This document shows positions 1 to 18,500 of a stretch of DNA of 64,000 bases, one piece after another (the first letter of the stretch is position 1; each line of letters begins with the position of its first letter). This stretch comes from the human T2T-CHM13v2.0 reference genome, Homo sapiens. The notes below the pieces were generated by a model. It was not told the DNA's origin. It did not search any database and worked only from the letters and a program-made list of their open reading frames with translations. The stretch lies in the NCBI RefSeq assembly GCF_009914755.1, contig NC_060943.1. One strand, 5' to 3'. The translations under genes and the position numbers were made by a program.

Positions 1-3000
1 TAGGCCATAAAGAGCTCAAAAATATCCCTGTGCAGATTCTTCGAAAACACTGCTTCCAAATGCTCAATCAAAAGAAAGGTTCAACTCTGTGAGATGAATG
101 CACACATCACAAAGAAGTTTCTCAGACTCCTTCTGTCTAGTTTTTATGTGAAGACATTCTTTATTCACCATAGGCCTCAAACAGCTCAGAAATATCCATT
201 TGCAGATTGTACAAAAAGACTGTTTCCAAACTGCTTAATCAAAAGAAAGTTTCAACTCTGTGAAATTAATGCAGGTATCAAAAAGAAGTTTCTCAGAATG
301 CTTCAGTCTAATTTTTATGTGGAGATATTTCCTTTTTCACTATAGGCCTCAAAGTGCTTCAAATATCCATTTGCAGATTCTACAAAAAGGCTGTTTCCAA
401 ACTGCTTAATGAAAAGACAGTTTCAAGTCTGTGAGATGAATACACACATCTCTAAGAAGTTTCTTAGAATGATTCTCTCTAGCTTTTATGTGTAGATATT
501 TTCTTTTTCACCATAGGCCTTAAATCGGTCACAAATATCCCCCAGCAGATACTTCAAAAAGACGTTTCCAAACTGCTCCATCAAAAGAAATATTCAAACC
601 TCTGAGATGAATGCACACATCACAGTGAAGTTTATCAGAATGCTTCTGTCTAATTTTTAAGTGAAGATATATTCTTTTTCACCATAGGCCTCAAAACCCT
701 CCAAATATCCACTTGCAGATTATACAAAAAGACTGTTTCTAAACAGCTCAATCAAAAAGAAGGTTCAACTCTGTGAGATGAAAGCATACATCACAAAGAA
801 GTTCCTCAGAAAGCTACTGTCTAGTTTTGATGTGAAGATATTTTCTATTTCACCATAGGCCACAATGGGCTCACAAGTATCCCTGTTCAGATTCTATGAA
901 AAGACTGTTTCCAAACTGCTCAAACAAAGGAGAGATTCAACTCTGTGAGACGAATGCACACATCACAAAGAAGTTTCTCAGAGTTATTCTGCCTAGTTTT
1001 TATGTAAAGATATTTCCTTTATCACCATAGGCCTCAAAGCACTCCAAATATCCATTTGAAGATTCTACAAAAAGAGTTTTTCCAACCTGCTCAATCAAAA
1101 GAAAGATTCAACTCTGCGAGATGAAGGCACATGTCACAAAAAAGTTTCTCAGAATGCTTCTGTCCACTTTTTATGTGAAGATATTTCCTTTTTCATCATT
1201 GGCCTCAAAGCGCTCCAAATATCCTTTTACAGATTCTACAAAAAGACTGTTTCCTAACTGCTCAATCAAAGCAAAGGCTTAACTCTGTGAGATGAATGCA
1301 CTCATCACAAACAAGCTTCTCAGATTGCTTCTGTCTAGTTCTGATATTTAGATATTCCTTTTTCACCATAGGGCACAAACGGCTCAAAAATATCCATTTG
1401 CAGATTGTACAAAAAGACTGTTTCCAAATTGCTCAATGAAAAGAAAGGTTCAACTCTGTGAAATGCATGCAGGTATCACAAAGAAGTTTCTCAGAGTGCT
1501 TCTGTCTATTTTTTATATGAAGATATTTCCTTTTCACCATAGACATCAAAGCCCTCCAAATATCCATTTGCAGATTCTAAAAAAATACTGCTTTCAAACT
1601 GCTCAATCAAAAGGAAGCTTCAACTCTGTAAGATGAATGCACACATCACAAAGTTTCCCAGAATGCTTCTGTCTAGTTTTTATCACAAGATATTTCCTAT
1701 GTAAATGTATGCCTCAAAGCGATTCAAATATCCATTTGAAGATTCTACAAAAAGAGTGTTTCCAACAAGTTCAATCAAAAGAAAATTCAACTTTGTGAGA
1801 TGAATGCACACATCACAAAGAAGTTTCTCTAAACGCTTCTGTATAGTTTTTATGTGAAGATATTTCCTTTTTCACCATAGACCTTAAACACGTCACAAAT
1901 ATCCCTCAGCAGATACTACAAAAAGAGTGTTTCCAAAGTGCTCCATGAAAAGAAAGCTTCAACTCTGTGAGATGAAAGCCTACATCACAAAGAAGTTTCT
2001 CAGAATGCTTCTGTCTACTTTTTATGTGAAGATATCTCTTTTTCACAATAGGCCTCAAACGGTTCAGAAATATCCCTTTGCAGATTGTACAAAAAGACTG
2101 TTTCCAAATTGCTCAATCAAAAGAAAGTTTCAACTCTGTGTGATGAATGCAGGTATCACAAAGAAGTTTCTCAGAAAGGTTCTGTCTAGTATTTACGTGA
2201 AGTGATTTACTATTTCACCACAGGCCGTAAAGGGCTCAAAAGTATCCCAGTGCATATTCTACAGAAAGACTGTTTCCAAAGTGCTTCATCTAAAGAAAGG
2301 TTCAGCACTGTGAGATGAATACACACATCACAAAGAAGTTTCTCTGAATGCTATTGTATAGTATTTATATGAAGATATTTCCTTTTTCACCATAGGCCAC
2401 AATCCTCTCCAAATGTCAATTTGCAGATTCTATAAAAACAGTGTTTCTAACCTGCTCAATCAAAAGAATGGTTCAACTCTGTGAGATGAATGCACACATC
2501 ACCAAGAAGTTTCTCAGAATGTTTCTGTCTCGTTTTTATGTAAAGATACTTCCTTTTTCACCAAGGGCCTTAAACCAATCACAAATATCTCTCTGTAGAT
2601 ACTACAAAAAGACTGTTTCCAAAGTCCTCCATCAAAAGAAAATTTCAACTCTGTGAGACGAATGCACACATCATGAAGAAGTTTCTCAGAATGCTTCTGT
2701 CTAGTTTTTATATGAATATACTTCTTTTTTCACCATAGGCCTCAAAGCACTCCAAATATCCATTTGCAGACTCTACAAAAAGAGTGTTTTCAACGTGCTC
2801 AATCAAAACAAAGGTTCATCTCAGTGAGATGAATGCACACATCACAAAGATGTTTTTCAGAATGGTTCTGTCTAGTATTTATGTGAAGATATTTCCTTTA
2901 TCACCGTAGGCCTTAAACCGGTCACAAATATCCATCTGCAGATACCACAAAAAGACTATTTCCAAAGTGCTCCATGAAAAGAAAGGTTCAATCCTGTAAC

Positions 3001-6000
3001 ATGAATGAACACATCACAAAGAAGTTTCTCAGAATGCTTCTGTCTAGTTTTTATGTGAAGATACTTCTTTTTAAACATTGTCCTCAAAAGGCTCAGAAAT
3101 ATCCCTTTGCAGATTGTACGAAAAGACTGCCTCAAAACTGCTCAGTCAGAAGAAAGTTTCAACTCTGAGATGAATGTAGGCATCACAAAGAAGTTTCTCA
3201 GAATGCTTCTGTCTAGTTTCTACATGAAGATATTACCTATTTCACCATAGGCCAAAAAGGGCTCACAAATATCCCTGTTCAAATTCTACGTATACACGGT
3301 TTCCAAACTGCTCCATCAGAAGACACGTTCAACTCTGTGAGATGAATGCACACATCACAAAGAAGTTTCTCAGGTGATTCTGTGTTGTTTTTATGTGAAG
3401 ATATTCCATTTTTCACCAGAGACCTCAAAGTGTTGCAAATATCCATTTGCAGATGCTACAAAAAGAGTGTTAACAACCTGCTCAATCAAAAGAAAGGTTC
3501 AACTCTGTGAGCTGAATGCACACATCAAAAAGATATTTCTCAGAATGCTTCTGTCCAGTTTTTATGTGAAGATATTTCCATTTTCACCATTGGCCTTAAA
3601 CCGGTCACTAATATCACTCTGCAGATACTACTAAACGACTGTTTCCAAACTGTTACATCAAAAGAAAGGTTCAACACTGTGAAACGAATGCACTCATCAC
3701 AAAGAAGTTTCTCTGAATGCTTCTGTGTAGTTTTTCTGTGAAGATATTTCCTTTTTCACCATAGGACTCAAAGCGTTCCAAATATCCATTTGCAGATCTA
3801 CAAAAAGACAGTTTCCAAAGTGCTCAATCAAAAGAAACGTTCAACTGTTTGAGATGAAAGCATATATCACAAAGAATTTTATCAGAAAACTTCTATCTAG
3901 TTTTTATGTGAGGATATTTCCTACTTCACCATAGGCCATAAGGGACTCACAAATATCCCTGTGCAGATTCTACGAAAAGACTGTTTCCAAACTGCTCAAT
4001 GAAAAGAAAGTTTCAACTCAGTGAGATGAATGCACACAGCACAAAGAAGTTTCTCAGAATGCTTCTGTCTAGTTTTTATGTGAAGATATTTCCTTTTTCA
4101 CCACAAGCCCTAAACCAGTCACAAATATCCCCTTGCAGATACTATAAAAAGGCTGTTTCCAAAGTGCTCCATGAAAAGAAAAGTTCAACTCTGTGAGATG
4201 AATGCAGGCATCAAAAGAAGTTTCTCAAAATGCTTCTTTCCAGTTCTTATCTGAAGATATTTAGTTTTTCACCATAGTCCTTAAATTGCTCAAAATATCC
4301 ATTTGCAGAATCTACAAAAAGACTGTTTCCAAACTGCTCAATCAAATAAAAGTTCAACTCTGTGAGATGAATACACCCATCACAAAGAAGTTTCTCAGAA
4401 TGCTTCTGTCTACTCTTTATGTGATGATAATTCCTTTTTCACCATAGGCCTCAAAGGGCTCCAAGTATCCATTTGCAGCTTCTAAAAAAAGAGCATTTCC
4501 AACTGGCTCTATCAAAAGAAAGTTTCAGTTCTGTGAGATGAATGCACACATCACAGAGCAGTTTCTCAGAATGCTTCTGTCTAGTTTTTATATGAAGATA
4601 TTTCCTTTTTCACCACAGGCCTTAAACCGTTCACAAACATCCCACTGCAGATAATACAAAAAGACTGTTTCCCAATTGCTCCATGAAAACAAAAGGTTCA
4701 ACTCTGTCAGATGAATGCACACACCAAAAAGAAGTTTCCCAGAATCCTTCTGTCTAGTTTTTATGTGAAGATATTTCCTTGTTCACCTTAGGCCTCAAAC
4801 CACTCCAAATATCCATTTGCAGACTCTACAAAAAGATGTTTCCAACCTGCTCAATCAAAAGAAAGGTTCTATTCTGTGAGATGAAAGCACACGTCACAAA
4901 GAACTTTCTCAGAATACTTCTGTCTAGTTTTTATGTGAAGATATTTCCTTTTTCAACATAAGTCTTAAGCCTCGCACAAATATCCCTCTACAGATACTTC
5001 ACAAGCACTGTTTGGAAACTGCTCCATCAAAATAAATTTTCAACTCTGTGAGATGAGTGCACAGATCACAAGGAAGTTCCTCAGAATGCTTCTGTCTAGT
5101 TTTTATTGGAAGTTATTTCTTTTTCACCATATGCCTCAAACAGCTCGGAAATATCCCTTTGGATAAGGTTTAAACAGACTGTTTCCAAATTGCTCAATCA
5201 GAAGAGAGCTTCAACTCTGAGATGAATGCAGGCATCCAAAAGAAGTTTCTCAGAATGTTTCTTTCTAGTTTTTATGTGAAGATATTTCCTTTTTCACCAT
5301 AGGCCTCAAATCGCTCCAAATATCCATTTGCAGTTTCTACAAAAAGACTGTTTCCAAACTGCTCAACCAAAGAAAAGTTCAACTCGGTGAGATGAATGCT
5401 CACATCACAAATAAATTTCTGACAGTGCTTCTGCCAGAAGCAAATCGATATTTGCTATTTCAAAATAGGGTGTAAAGGGCTCACAAATATATCTGTGTAG
5501 ATTTTATGAAAAAACTGTTTCCAAACTGCTCAATCAAAAGATTCAACTCTGTGAAATGAATGCAGATATCACATAGAAGTTCCTCAGAATAATTCTGTCT
5601 AGTTTTTATGTGAAGATATTTCCTTTATCACCATAGGCCTCAAAGTGCTCCAAATATCCCTTTGCAGATTCTACAAAATGATGGATTCCAAACTGCTCTA
5701 TCAAAAGAACGGTACAACTCTGTGAGATGAATGCACACATCACAAAGAAGTCTCTCAGAATGCTTCTGTCTGGTTTTTAAGTGAAGATATTTCCTTTTTC
5801 ACCAAAGGCTTCAAAGCGCTCCAAATATCCATTTGCAGATTCTACAAAAAGAGTGTATCCAACCTGCTCAATAAAAGAATGGTTCAACTCTGTGAGATGA
5901 ATTCACACATCACAAAGCAGTTTCTCAGAATGCTTCTGTCTAGTTTTTATGAGAAGATATTTCCTTTTTCACCCGAGGCCTTAAACCAGTCACAAATATC

Positions 6001-7436
6001 CCTCTGCAGATTCTACAAAAAGACTCTTTCTAAACTGCTCCATCAAAAGAAGGGTTCAACTCGGTGAGATGAATGCACACATCACAAAGAAGTTTCTCAG
6101 AATGGTTCTGTCTAATTCTTCTGTGAAGATATTTCCTTTTTCACCACAGGCCTCAAAGCGCTCTGAATATCCATTTCCAGATTCTACAAAAAGACTGTTT
6201 CCAAACTGCTCAATCAAAAGGAATGTTCAACTCTGTGAGATGGAAGCAAACATCACAAGGAAGTTTCTCAGAAAGCTTCTGTCTAGCTTTTATGTGAAAT
6301 ACTTCCTATTTCACCACAGGCTATAAAGGGCTGACAAATATCCCTGTGCAGATTCTATGAAAAGACTGTTTCCAAACTGCTCAATCAAAAGAAAGGTTCA
6401 ACGCTGTGAAATGAATGCAAGCATCACAAAGAAGTTTCCCAGAAAGCTTATGTTTACTTTTTATGTGAAGATATTTCCTTTTTCACCATAGGACCCACAG
6501 CGCTCCAAATATACATTTGCAGATTCTACAAAAAGACTTTTTTCAAACTGCTCAATGAAAAGAAAGCTTCAACTCTGTGAGATGAATGCACAAATCTCAA
6601 AGCAGCTTCTCTCAATGCTTCTGTCAGGTTTTTATGTGAATATATTTCCTTTTTCTCCATAAGCCATAGAGGGCTCACATATATGCTCTTGCAGATTCTA
6701 CCAAAAACCATTTCCGAATTGCTCAATCAAGAGGATGGCTCAACCATTTGAGATGAATGGACTCATGACAAAGAAGTTTCTCAGAATGCTTCTGTCTAGT
6801 AGTTATATGAAGATATTTCTTTTTCACCATAGGCCTCAAACTGCTCAGAAATATCCCTTTGCAGATTGTACAAAAAGACTGTTTCCAAAGAGTTTAATTA
6901 AAATGAATGTTCAAGACTGTGAGATGAATGGACACAACACAAAAAAGTTTCTCAGAAAACTCCTGTTCAGTTTTTATGTGAAAATATTTCGTTTTTCACC
7001 ATAGGCCTCAAATCGCTCCAAATATCCTTTTGCGGATTCTACAAAAAGAGTGTTTCCAAATTGCTCAAACAAAAGAAACATTCAACTCTGTGAGATAGAA
7101 GCTCGCATCACAAAGAGGTTTCTCAGAAAGATTCAGTTTAGTTTTTATATGAAGATATTTCCTTTTTCAACATAGGAATCAATGGGCTCAGAAATATCCC
7201 TTTTCAGATTCTACAAAAGGACTGTTTCCAAACTGCTCAATCCAAAGAAAGGTTCAACTCTTGAGAGATGAATACACACATCACAGAGAAGTTTCTCTGA
7301 ATGCTTCTGTGTAGTTTTTATGTGAGGATATGTCTTTTTCACCATAGGCCTCAAACAGCTCACAAATATCCCTCTGCAGATACCATGAAAAGACTGCTTC
7401 CAAACTGCTCAATCAAAAGAAAGGTTCAACTCTGAG
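1..7436 (-). repeat. Monomeric alpha satellite (ALR/Alpha), block 1
   Basis: ~171-bp periodic motif TCAACTCTGTGAGATGAATGCACACATCACAAAGAAGTTTCTCAGAATGCTTCTGTCTAGTTTTTATGTGAAGATATTTCC, the reverse complement of the alphoid consensus. Neighbouring monomers are clearly divergent and carry A-box type sequence (TTCCTTTTTCACCATAG). Confidence 0.98.
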
Positions 7437-7449
7437 CAGTTTTTATGTA

Positions 7450-9315
<1,866 letters not shown>

Positions 9316-10909
9316 GAAGCATTCTGAGAAACCACTTTGTGATGTGTGCATTCATCTCACAGAACTGAAACTTTCCTTTGATTCAGCAGCTTTGAAACAC
9401 TCTTTTTGTAGAATCTGCAAGTGGATATTTGGAGCGCTTTGAGGCCTATTGTGGAAAAGGAAATATCCTCACACAAAAACTACACATAAGCATTCTGAGA
9501 AACTTCTTTGTGATGTGTGCATTCAATTCACAGTGTTGAACCTGTCTTTCGATTCAGCAGTTTTGAAACACTCTTTTTGTAAAATCTGTAAGTGGATATT
9601 GGAGCACTTTGAGGTCTGTAGTGGAAAAGGAAATACCTTCATCCAAAAACTACACAGAAGCATTCTGAGAAACTTCTTTGTGATATGTGCATTCATCTCA
9701 CAGAACTGAAACTTTCCTTTGATTCAGCAGCTTTGAAACACTCTTTTTGTAGAATCTGCAAGTGGATATTTGGAGCGCTTTGAGGCCTATTGTGGAAAAG
9801 GAAATATCTTCACACAAAAACTACACATAAGCATTCTGAGAAACTTCTTTGTGATGTGTGCATTCAACTCACAGTGTTGAACCTGTCTTTTGATTCAGCA
9901 GTTTTGAAACACTCTTTTTGTAAAATCTGTAAGTGGATATTGGAGCACTTTGAGGTCTGTAGTGGAAAAGGAAATACCTTCATCCAAAAACTACACAGAA
10001 GCATTCTGAGAAACTTCTTTGTGATATGTGCATTCATCTCACAGAGTTGAACCTTTCTTTTGATTGAGCAGTTTGGAAACACCCTTTTTATGGAACCTGC
10101 AAGTGGATATTTGGAACGCTTTGAGGCCTATGGTGGAAAAGGAAATATCTTCACATGAAAACTAGACAGAAACATTATGAGAAACTTCTTTGTGATGTGT
10201 GCATTCATGTCACAGAGTTGAACCTAAGTTTTGATAGACCAGTTTTGTAACTCTCTTTTTGAATAATCTGCCAGTGGATATTTAGAGCCCTTAGTGGCCT
10301 ATGGAGAAAAGGAAATATCTTCACATTGAAACTACACAGAAGTATTCTGAGAAACTTCTTTGTGATGTGTGCATTCAACTCACAGTGTTGAACCTATCTT
10401 TTGATTCAGCAGCTTTGAAACACTCTTTTTGTAGAATCTGCAAGTGGATATTGGAGCTCTTTGAGGCCTATAGTGGAAAAGGAAATACCTTCACCCAAAA
10501 ACTACACAGACGCATTCTGAGAAACTTCTTTGCGATATATGCATTCATCTCAGAGAGTTGAACCTTTCTTTTGATTCAGCAGTTTGGAAACACCCTTTTT
10601 ATAGCATCTGCCAGTGGATATTTGGGGCACTTTGAGGCCTATGGTGGAAAAGGAAATATCTTCACATAAAAACTAGACAGAAGAATTATGAGAAACTTCT
10701 TTTTGATGTGTGCATTCAACTCCCAGAGTTGAACCTAAGTTTTGATAGACCAGTTTTGAAACTCTCTTTTTGAATAATCTGCAAGTGGATATTTAGAGCC
10801 CTTAGCAGCCTATGGAAAAAAGGAAATATCTTCACATTAAAACTACACAGAAGCATTCTGAGAAACTTCTTTGTGATGTGTGCATTCAACTCACATTGTT
10901 GAACGTATC
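9316..10909 (+). repeat. Alpha satellite block 2a with nested dimer (341 bp) and trimer (~512 bp) duplications
   Basis: Reads CATTCTGAGAAACTTCTTTGTGATGTGTGCATTC on +. Near-identical ORFs at 9449/9790 (offset 341) and a related one at 10301 (offset 511). The marker AACCTAAGTTTTGATAGACC occurs at ~10221 and ~10732. Confidence 0.95.
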
Positions 10910-12529
<1,620 letters not shown>

Positions 12530-15500
12530 TGTGCAGTTTTGAAACTCTCTTTTGTAGCAGCTGCAAGTGGATAGTTGGAGCCCTTTGAGGCCTATGGCAG
12601 AAAAGGAAATATCTTCACACAAAAACTGCACAAAAGCAATGTGAGAAACTTCTTTGTGATGTGTGCATTCATCTCACAAAGGTGAACCCTTCTTTTGATT
12701 GAGCAGTTTAGAAACACGCTTTTTGTAGAATCTGCAAGTGGATATTTGGAATGCTTTGAGGCTTATGGTGGAAAAGAAAATATCTTCACATAAAAACTAC
12801 ACAGAAGCATTCTGAGAAACTTCCTTGTGATGTGTGCCTTCAACTCACAGAGTTGAAGCTATCTTTTCATAGAGCAGTTTTGAAACTCCCCTTTTGTAGA
12901 ATCTGCAAGTGGATATTTGGAGCCATTTGCAGCTTATGGCGTAAAAGGAAATGTCTTCACATAAAAGCTACACAGAGGCATTCTGATAAACTTCTTTCTG
13001 ATGTGTGCATTCGTCTCACAAAGTTGAAACTTTCATTTGATTAACAGTTTTGAAACAATATTTTGGTAGAATTTGCAAGTGGATATTTGGAGCGATTTAA
13101 GTCCTATTGTGGAAAAGGAAATATCTTCACATAAAAACTACAAGGAAATATTCTGAGAAACTTCTTTGTGATGTGTGCATTCAACAAACACAGTTCAAAC
13201 TTTCTTTTGATTGAGCAGTTAGGAAAGACTCTTTTTGTAGAATCTGCAAGTGGATCTTTGGAGCGCTTTGTGGCCTACTGTGGAAAAGGAAATATCTTCA
13301 CATAAAAACTACCCAGAAGCATTCTGAGAAACAAATTTATGATGTGCGCATTGAACTCACAGAGTTGAACCTATCTTTTGATTGAGCAGTTTTCAGTCTC
13401 TCTTTCTGTAGAATCTGCAAGTGGATATTTGGAGCCCTTTTCAGCCTATTTTGGAAAAGGAAATATCTTCACATAAAAACTACACAGAAGCCTTCTGAGA
13501 AACTTCCTTGGTGTGTGTGCATTCACCTCACAGAGTTGAAGCTATCTTTTCATAGAGCAGTTTTGAAAGTCCCCTTTCGTAGAATCTGCAAGTGGATATT
13601 TGGAGCCATTTGTGGCTTATGGTGTAAAAGGAAATGTCTTCACATAAAAGCTACACAGAAGCATTCTGATAAACTTCTTTGTGATGTGTGCCTTCATCTC
13701 ACAGAGATGAAAGTTTCATTTGATTAACAGTTTTGAGACAATCTTTTGGTAGAATTTGCAAGTGGATATTTGGAGCGATTTAAGTCCTATTGTGGAAAAG
13801 GAAATATCTTCACTTAAAAACTACACGGAAGCATTCTGAGAAACTTCTTTGTGATGTATGCATTCATCAAACACAGTTCAAACTTTCTTTTGATTGAGCA
13901 GTTTGGAAAGACTCTTTTTGCAGAATCTGCAAGTGGATATTTGGAGCGCTTTGTGGCGTATTGTGGAAAAGGAAATATCTTCACATAAAAACTACCCAGA
14001 AGCATTCTGAGAAACTTCTTTATGATGTGTGCATTCAACTCACAGAGTTGAACCTATCTTTTGATTGAGCAGTTTTGAAACACTCTTTTTATAGAATCTG
14101 CAAGTGGATATTTGAAGCGCTTTGAGTCCTATTGTGGAAAAGGAAATATCTTCACATAAAAACTACATAGAAGCATTCTCAGAAACGTCATTGTGATGTG
14201 TGTATTCATCTCACAGAGTTGAAACATTCTTTTGATTGAGCAGTTTGGAAACAGACTTTTTGTAGAATCTGCAAGTTGATATTTGGAGCGCTTTCAGGAT
14301 TATTGTGGAAAAGGTAATATCTTCACATAAAAACTACATAGAAGCATTCTGAGAAACTTCTTTGTGATGTGTGCATTCATCTCAGAGAGTTAAACCATTT
14401 TTTTCATAGAGCAGTTTAGAAACACTCTTTTTGTAGAATCTGCAAGTGGATATTTGGAGTGCTTTGAGGCCTATTGTCAAAAAGGAAATATCTTCACATA
14501 AAAACTAAACAGAGGCATTCTGAGAAACTTGTTTGTGATGTGTACATTCATCTCACAGAGTTGAACGTTTCTTTTGATTGAGCAGTTTTGAAACCCTCTT
14601 TTTGTAGAATCTGCAAGTGGATATTTGGAGTGCTTTGAGGCCTTTTGTGGAAAAGGACATATCTTCACATAGAAACTACGCAGAAGCATTGTGAGAAAAT
14701 ACTTTGTGATGTGTGCATTCAACTCCCAGCGTTGAACCTATCTTTTGATTGAGCAGTTTTGAATCTCACTTTTTGTAGAATCTGCATGTAAATTTTTGGA
14801 GCCCTTTCCGGCCTATTTTGGAAAAGGGAATAAGTTCACATAAAAACTATATAGAAGCATTTTGAGAAACATTATTAGGACGTGTGCATTCATCTCACAG
14901 AGTTTTACCTATCTTTTGATTGAGCAATTTTGAACCACACTTTGTATAGAATCTGCAGGTGGATATTTTAAGCACTTTGAGGCCAATCGTGGGAAAGGAA
15001 ATATCTTCACATAAAAACTACACAGAAGCATTCTGAGAAACTTCTTTGTGATATGTGCATTCATCTCACAGAGTTGAACATTTCTTTTGATTGAGCTGTT
15101 TTGAAACACCCTTTTTGTAGAATATGCAAGAGGATATTTGGAGCGCTTTGAGGCCAATTCTGGTAAAGGAAATACCTTCACATAAAAACTGCTAAGAAGC
15201 ATTCTGTGAAACTTCTTTTTGATGTGTGCATTCAATTCACGCAGTTGAACCTACCTTTTGATTGAGTAGTTTTGAAACTCTCTTTTTGTAGAATCTGCAA
15301 GTGGATATTAGGAGCACATTGAGGCCTATTATGAAAAAGGAATTATCTTCACACAAATCTACAAAGAAGCATTCTGACAAAATACTTTGTGATGTGTGCA
15401 TTCAACACACCGAGTTGAAAATTTCTTTTGATTGAGCAGTTTTGAAACTCTCTTTTTGCAGAATCTGCAAGTGAATATTTGGAGACTTTTGCAGCGTGTG

Positions 15501-18500
15501 CTGGAAAAGTAAATATCTTCACATAAGAATTACTCAGAAGCATTCTGATAAACATTTGGTGATGTGTGCATTCATCTAATAGTGTTGAACATATCTTTTG
15601 ATTGAGCAGCTTTGAAACTCTTTTTTTCTAGAAACTGCAAGTGGATATTTGGAGCCCTTTGCGGCCTATGGTGAAAAAGGAAATATCTTCAAATAAAAAC
15701 TACACAGAAGCGTTCTGAGAAACATCTTTGTGATGTGTGCATTCATCTCACAGATTTGAATATTTCTTTTGATTGAACAGTTTTGAAACACTCTTTTTGT
15801 AGAATCTGCAAGTGGATATTTGGAGAGCATTGCGGCCTCTAGTGGAAAAGGAAATATCTTCATATAAAAACTACACAGAGGCATTCTGATAATCTTCTAT
15901 GTGATGTGTACAGTCATGTCACAGAGATGAAACTTTCTTTCGATTGAGCAGATTGGAAACACTCTTTTTGTAGAATCTGCAAGTGGATGTTTGGAGAGCT
16001 TTGAGGCCTCGTGGAAAAGGTAATATCTTTACGTAAAAACTACACAGATGCCTTCTGATGAACTTCTTTTTGATGTATGCCTTCAACTCATAGAACTGAA
16101 CTTATCTGTTGACAGAGCAGTTTTGAAAACCATTTTTTGTAGAATCTGAAAGTGGATATTTGGAGTCCTTTGTGGCCTATAGCGGAAAAGGAAATACCAT
16201 CACATAAAACTCCACAGAAGAATTCTGTGAAACTTCTTTTTGATGTGTGCATTCGTCTCATAGAGTTGAACCTTTCTTTCAATTGAGCAGTTATGAAACA
16301 ATCTTTTTCTAGAATCTACAAGTGGATATTTGGAGCGCTTTGAGGCCAATAGTTTTAAAGGAAATATCTTCACATAAAAACTACACAGAAGCATTCTGAG
16401 GAATTTCTTTGTGATGTGTGCATTCATCTCACAGAGTTGAAACTTTTTTTTTTATTGAGCAGTTTTGAAACACTCTTTTCGTAGAATCTACAAGTGGATA
16501 TTTGGAGTGCTTTGAGGTCTATTGTGGAAAAGGAAATTTCTTCAAATAAAAGCTACATGGAAGGAGTCTGAGAAACTTCTTTGTGATGTGTGCATTCATG
16601 TCGCAGGATGAAAGCTTTCTTTTGATTGAGCAGTTTGGAAATACTGTTTTTGTAGAATCTGCAAGTGGATATTTGGAGCTTTTAGAGGCCTACGGTAGAA
16701 AAGGAAATATCTTCCTATAATAACTACATAGAAACATTCTGAGAAACTTTTTTGTGCTGCGTGCATTCATCTCATAGAGTTGAACATTTCTTTTGATTGA
16801 GCAGTTTTTGAAACACTGTTTTTATAGAATCTGCAAGTGCACACTTGTGGCTATTTGTGGTCTATGGTGGAGAAAGGATATATCTTCACATAAAAACTGC
16901 ACAGAAGCATTCTGAGAAAGTTCCTTGTGATGTGTGCATTCATCTCACCGAGTTGAACCTATGTTTTGATAGAGCAGTTTTGAAACACTCTTTTTGTAGA
17001 ATCTGTAAGTGCATATTTTGAGTGCTTTGAGGCCTATGGTGGAAAGGAAATATCTTCACATAAAAACTACACAGAAGCATTCTCAAAACTTCTTTGTGAT
17101 GTGTGCATTAAACTCACAGATTTGAACCTATCTTTTAATAGAGCAGTTTTGAAACTCTCTTTTGTACAATCTGCAAGTGGATATTTGGAGACCTTTGCGG
17201 CCTATGATAGAAAAGGGAATGTCTTCACATAAAAACTACCCAGCAGCATTCTGAGAAACTACTTTATGATGAGTGCATTCGTCTCACAGAGTTGAACTTT
17301 TCCTTCGATTGAGCAGTTTTGAATCACTCTTTTTGTAGAATTTGCAAGAGGATATTTGGAGCGCTTTGAGACCTATTGTGGAATGGGAAATATCTTCATG
17401 TAAAAACTTCCCAGAAGCATTCTGAGAAACGTCTTTGTGATGTGTGCATTCATCTCACAGAGTTGAAAGTTTCTTTTGATGAGCAGTTTGGAAACAGTCT
17501 TTTTGTACCATCTGCAAATGGATATTTGGAGCCCTTTGAGGCCTATGTTGGAAAAGGAAATGTCTTCACATAAAAACTACACAGAAGCATTCTGAGAAAC
17601 TTCTTTGTGATGTGTGCATTCATTTCAGAGAGTTGAACTTTTCTTTTGATTGAGCAGTTTTGAAACTCTCTTCTTGTAGAATCTGCAAGTGTATATTTGA
17701 AGCGCTTTGAAGCATGTATTGGAAAAGGAAATATCTTCACATAAAAACTAGATAGAATCATTCTGAGAAACTTCCCTGTGATATGTGCATTCATCTCACA
17801 GTGTTGAAACTTTCTTTTGATTGAGCAGTTTGGAAACAGTGTTTTTGTAGTATCTGTAAATGGATATTTCAGGTGCTTAGAGGCCTATATTGGAAAAGGA
17901 AAAATCTTCACAAAAAAACTAGACAGAGGCATTCTGAGAAACTTCATTCTGCGATGTGCTTTTTTCTCACAGAGTTGGACTGTTCTTTTGATTGAGCAGT
18001 TTTGAAACACTGTTTTTGTAGAATCTGCAAGTGCATATTTGGAGCACTTGGAGGCCTATTGTGGAAAAGGAAATATCTTCTTATAAAAACTAGACAGAAG
18101 CATTCTGAGAAACTTCTTTGTGATGTGTGCTTTCAGTTCACAGAGGTGAAACTTTCTCTTGATTGAGCAGTTTGGAAGTAGTCTTTTTGTAGCATCTGCA
18201 AATGAATATTTGAATCGCTTTGAGGCCTATGTTAGAAAAGGAAATATCTTCACGTAAAATCTAGACAGTAGCATTCTGAGAAACTTCTTTGTGATGTGTG
18301 CATTAATTTCAGAGAGTTGAACTTTTCTTTTGATTGAGCAGTTTTGAAACACTCTTCTTGTATAATCTGCAAGTGTATATTTGGAGCGCTTTGAGCCATG
18401 TAGTGGAAAAGGAAATGTCTTCACATAAAAACTTGACAGAATCATTCTGAGAAACTTCTTTGTGATGTCTGCATTCAACTCACAGTGTTGAAACTTTCTT

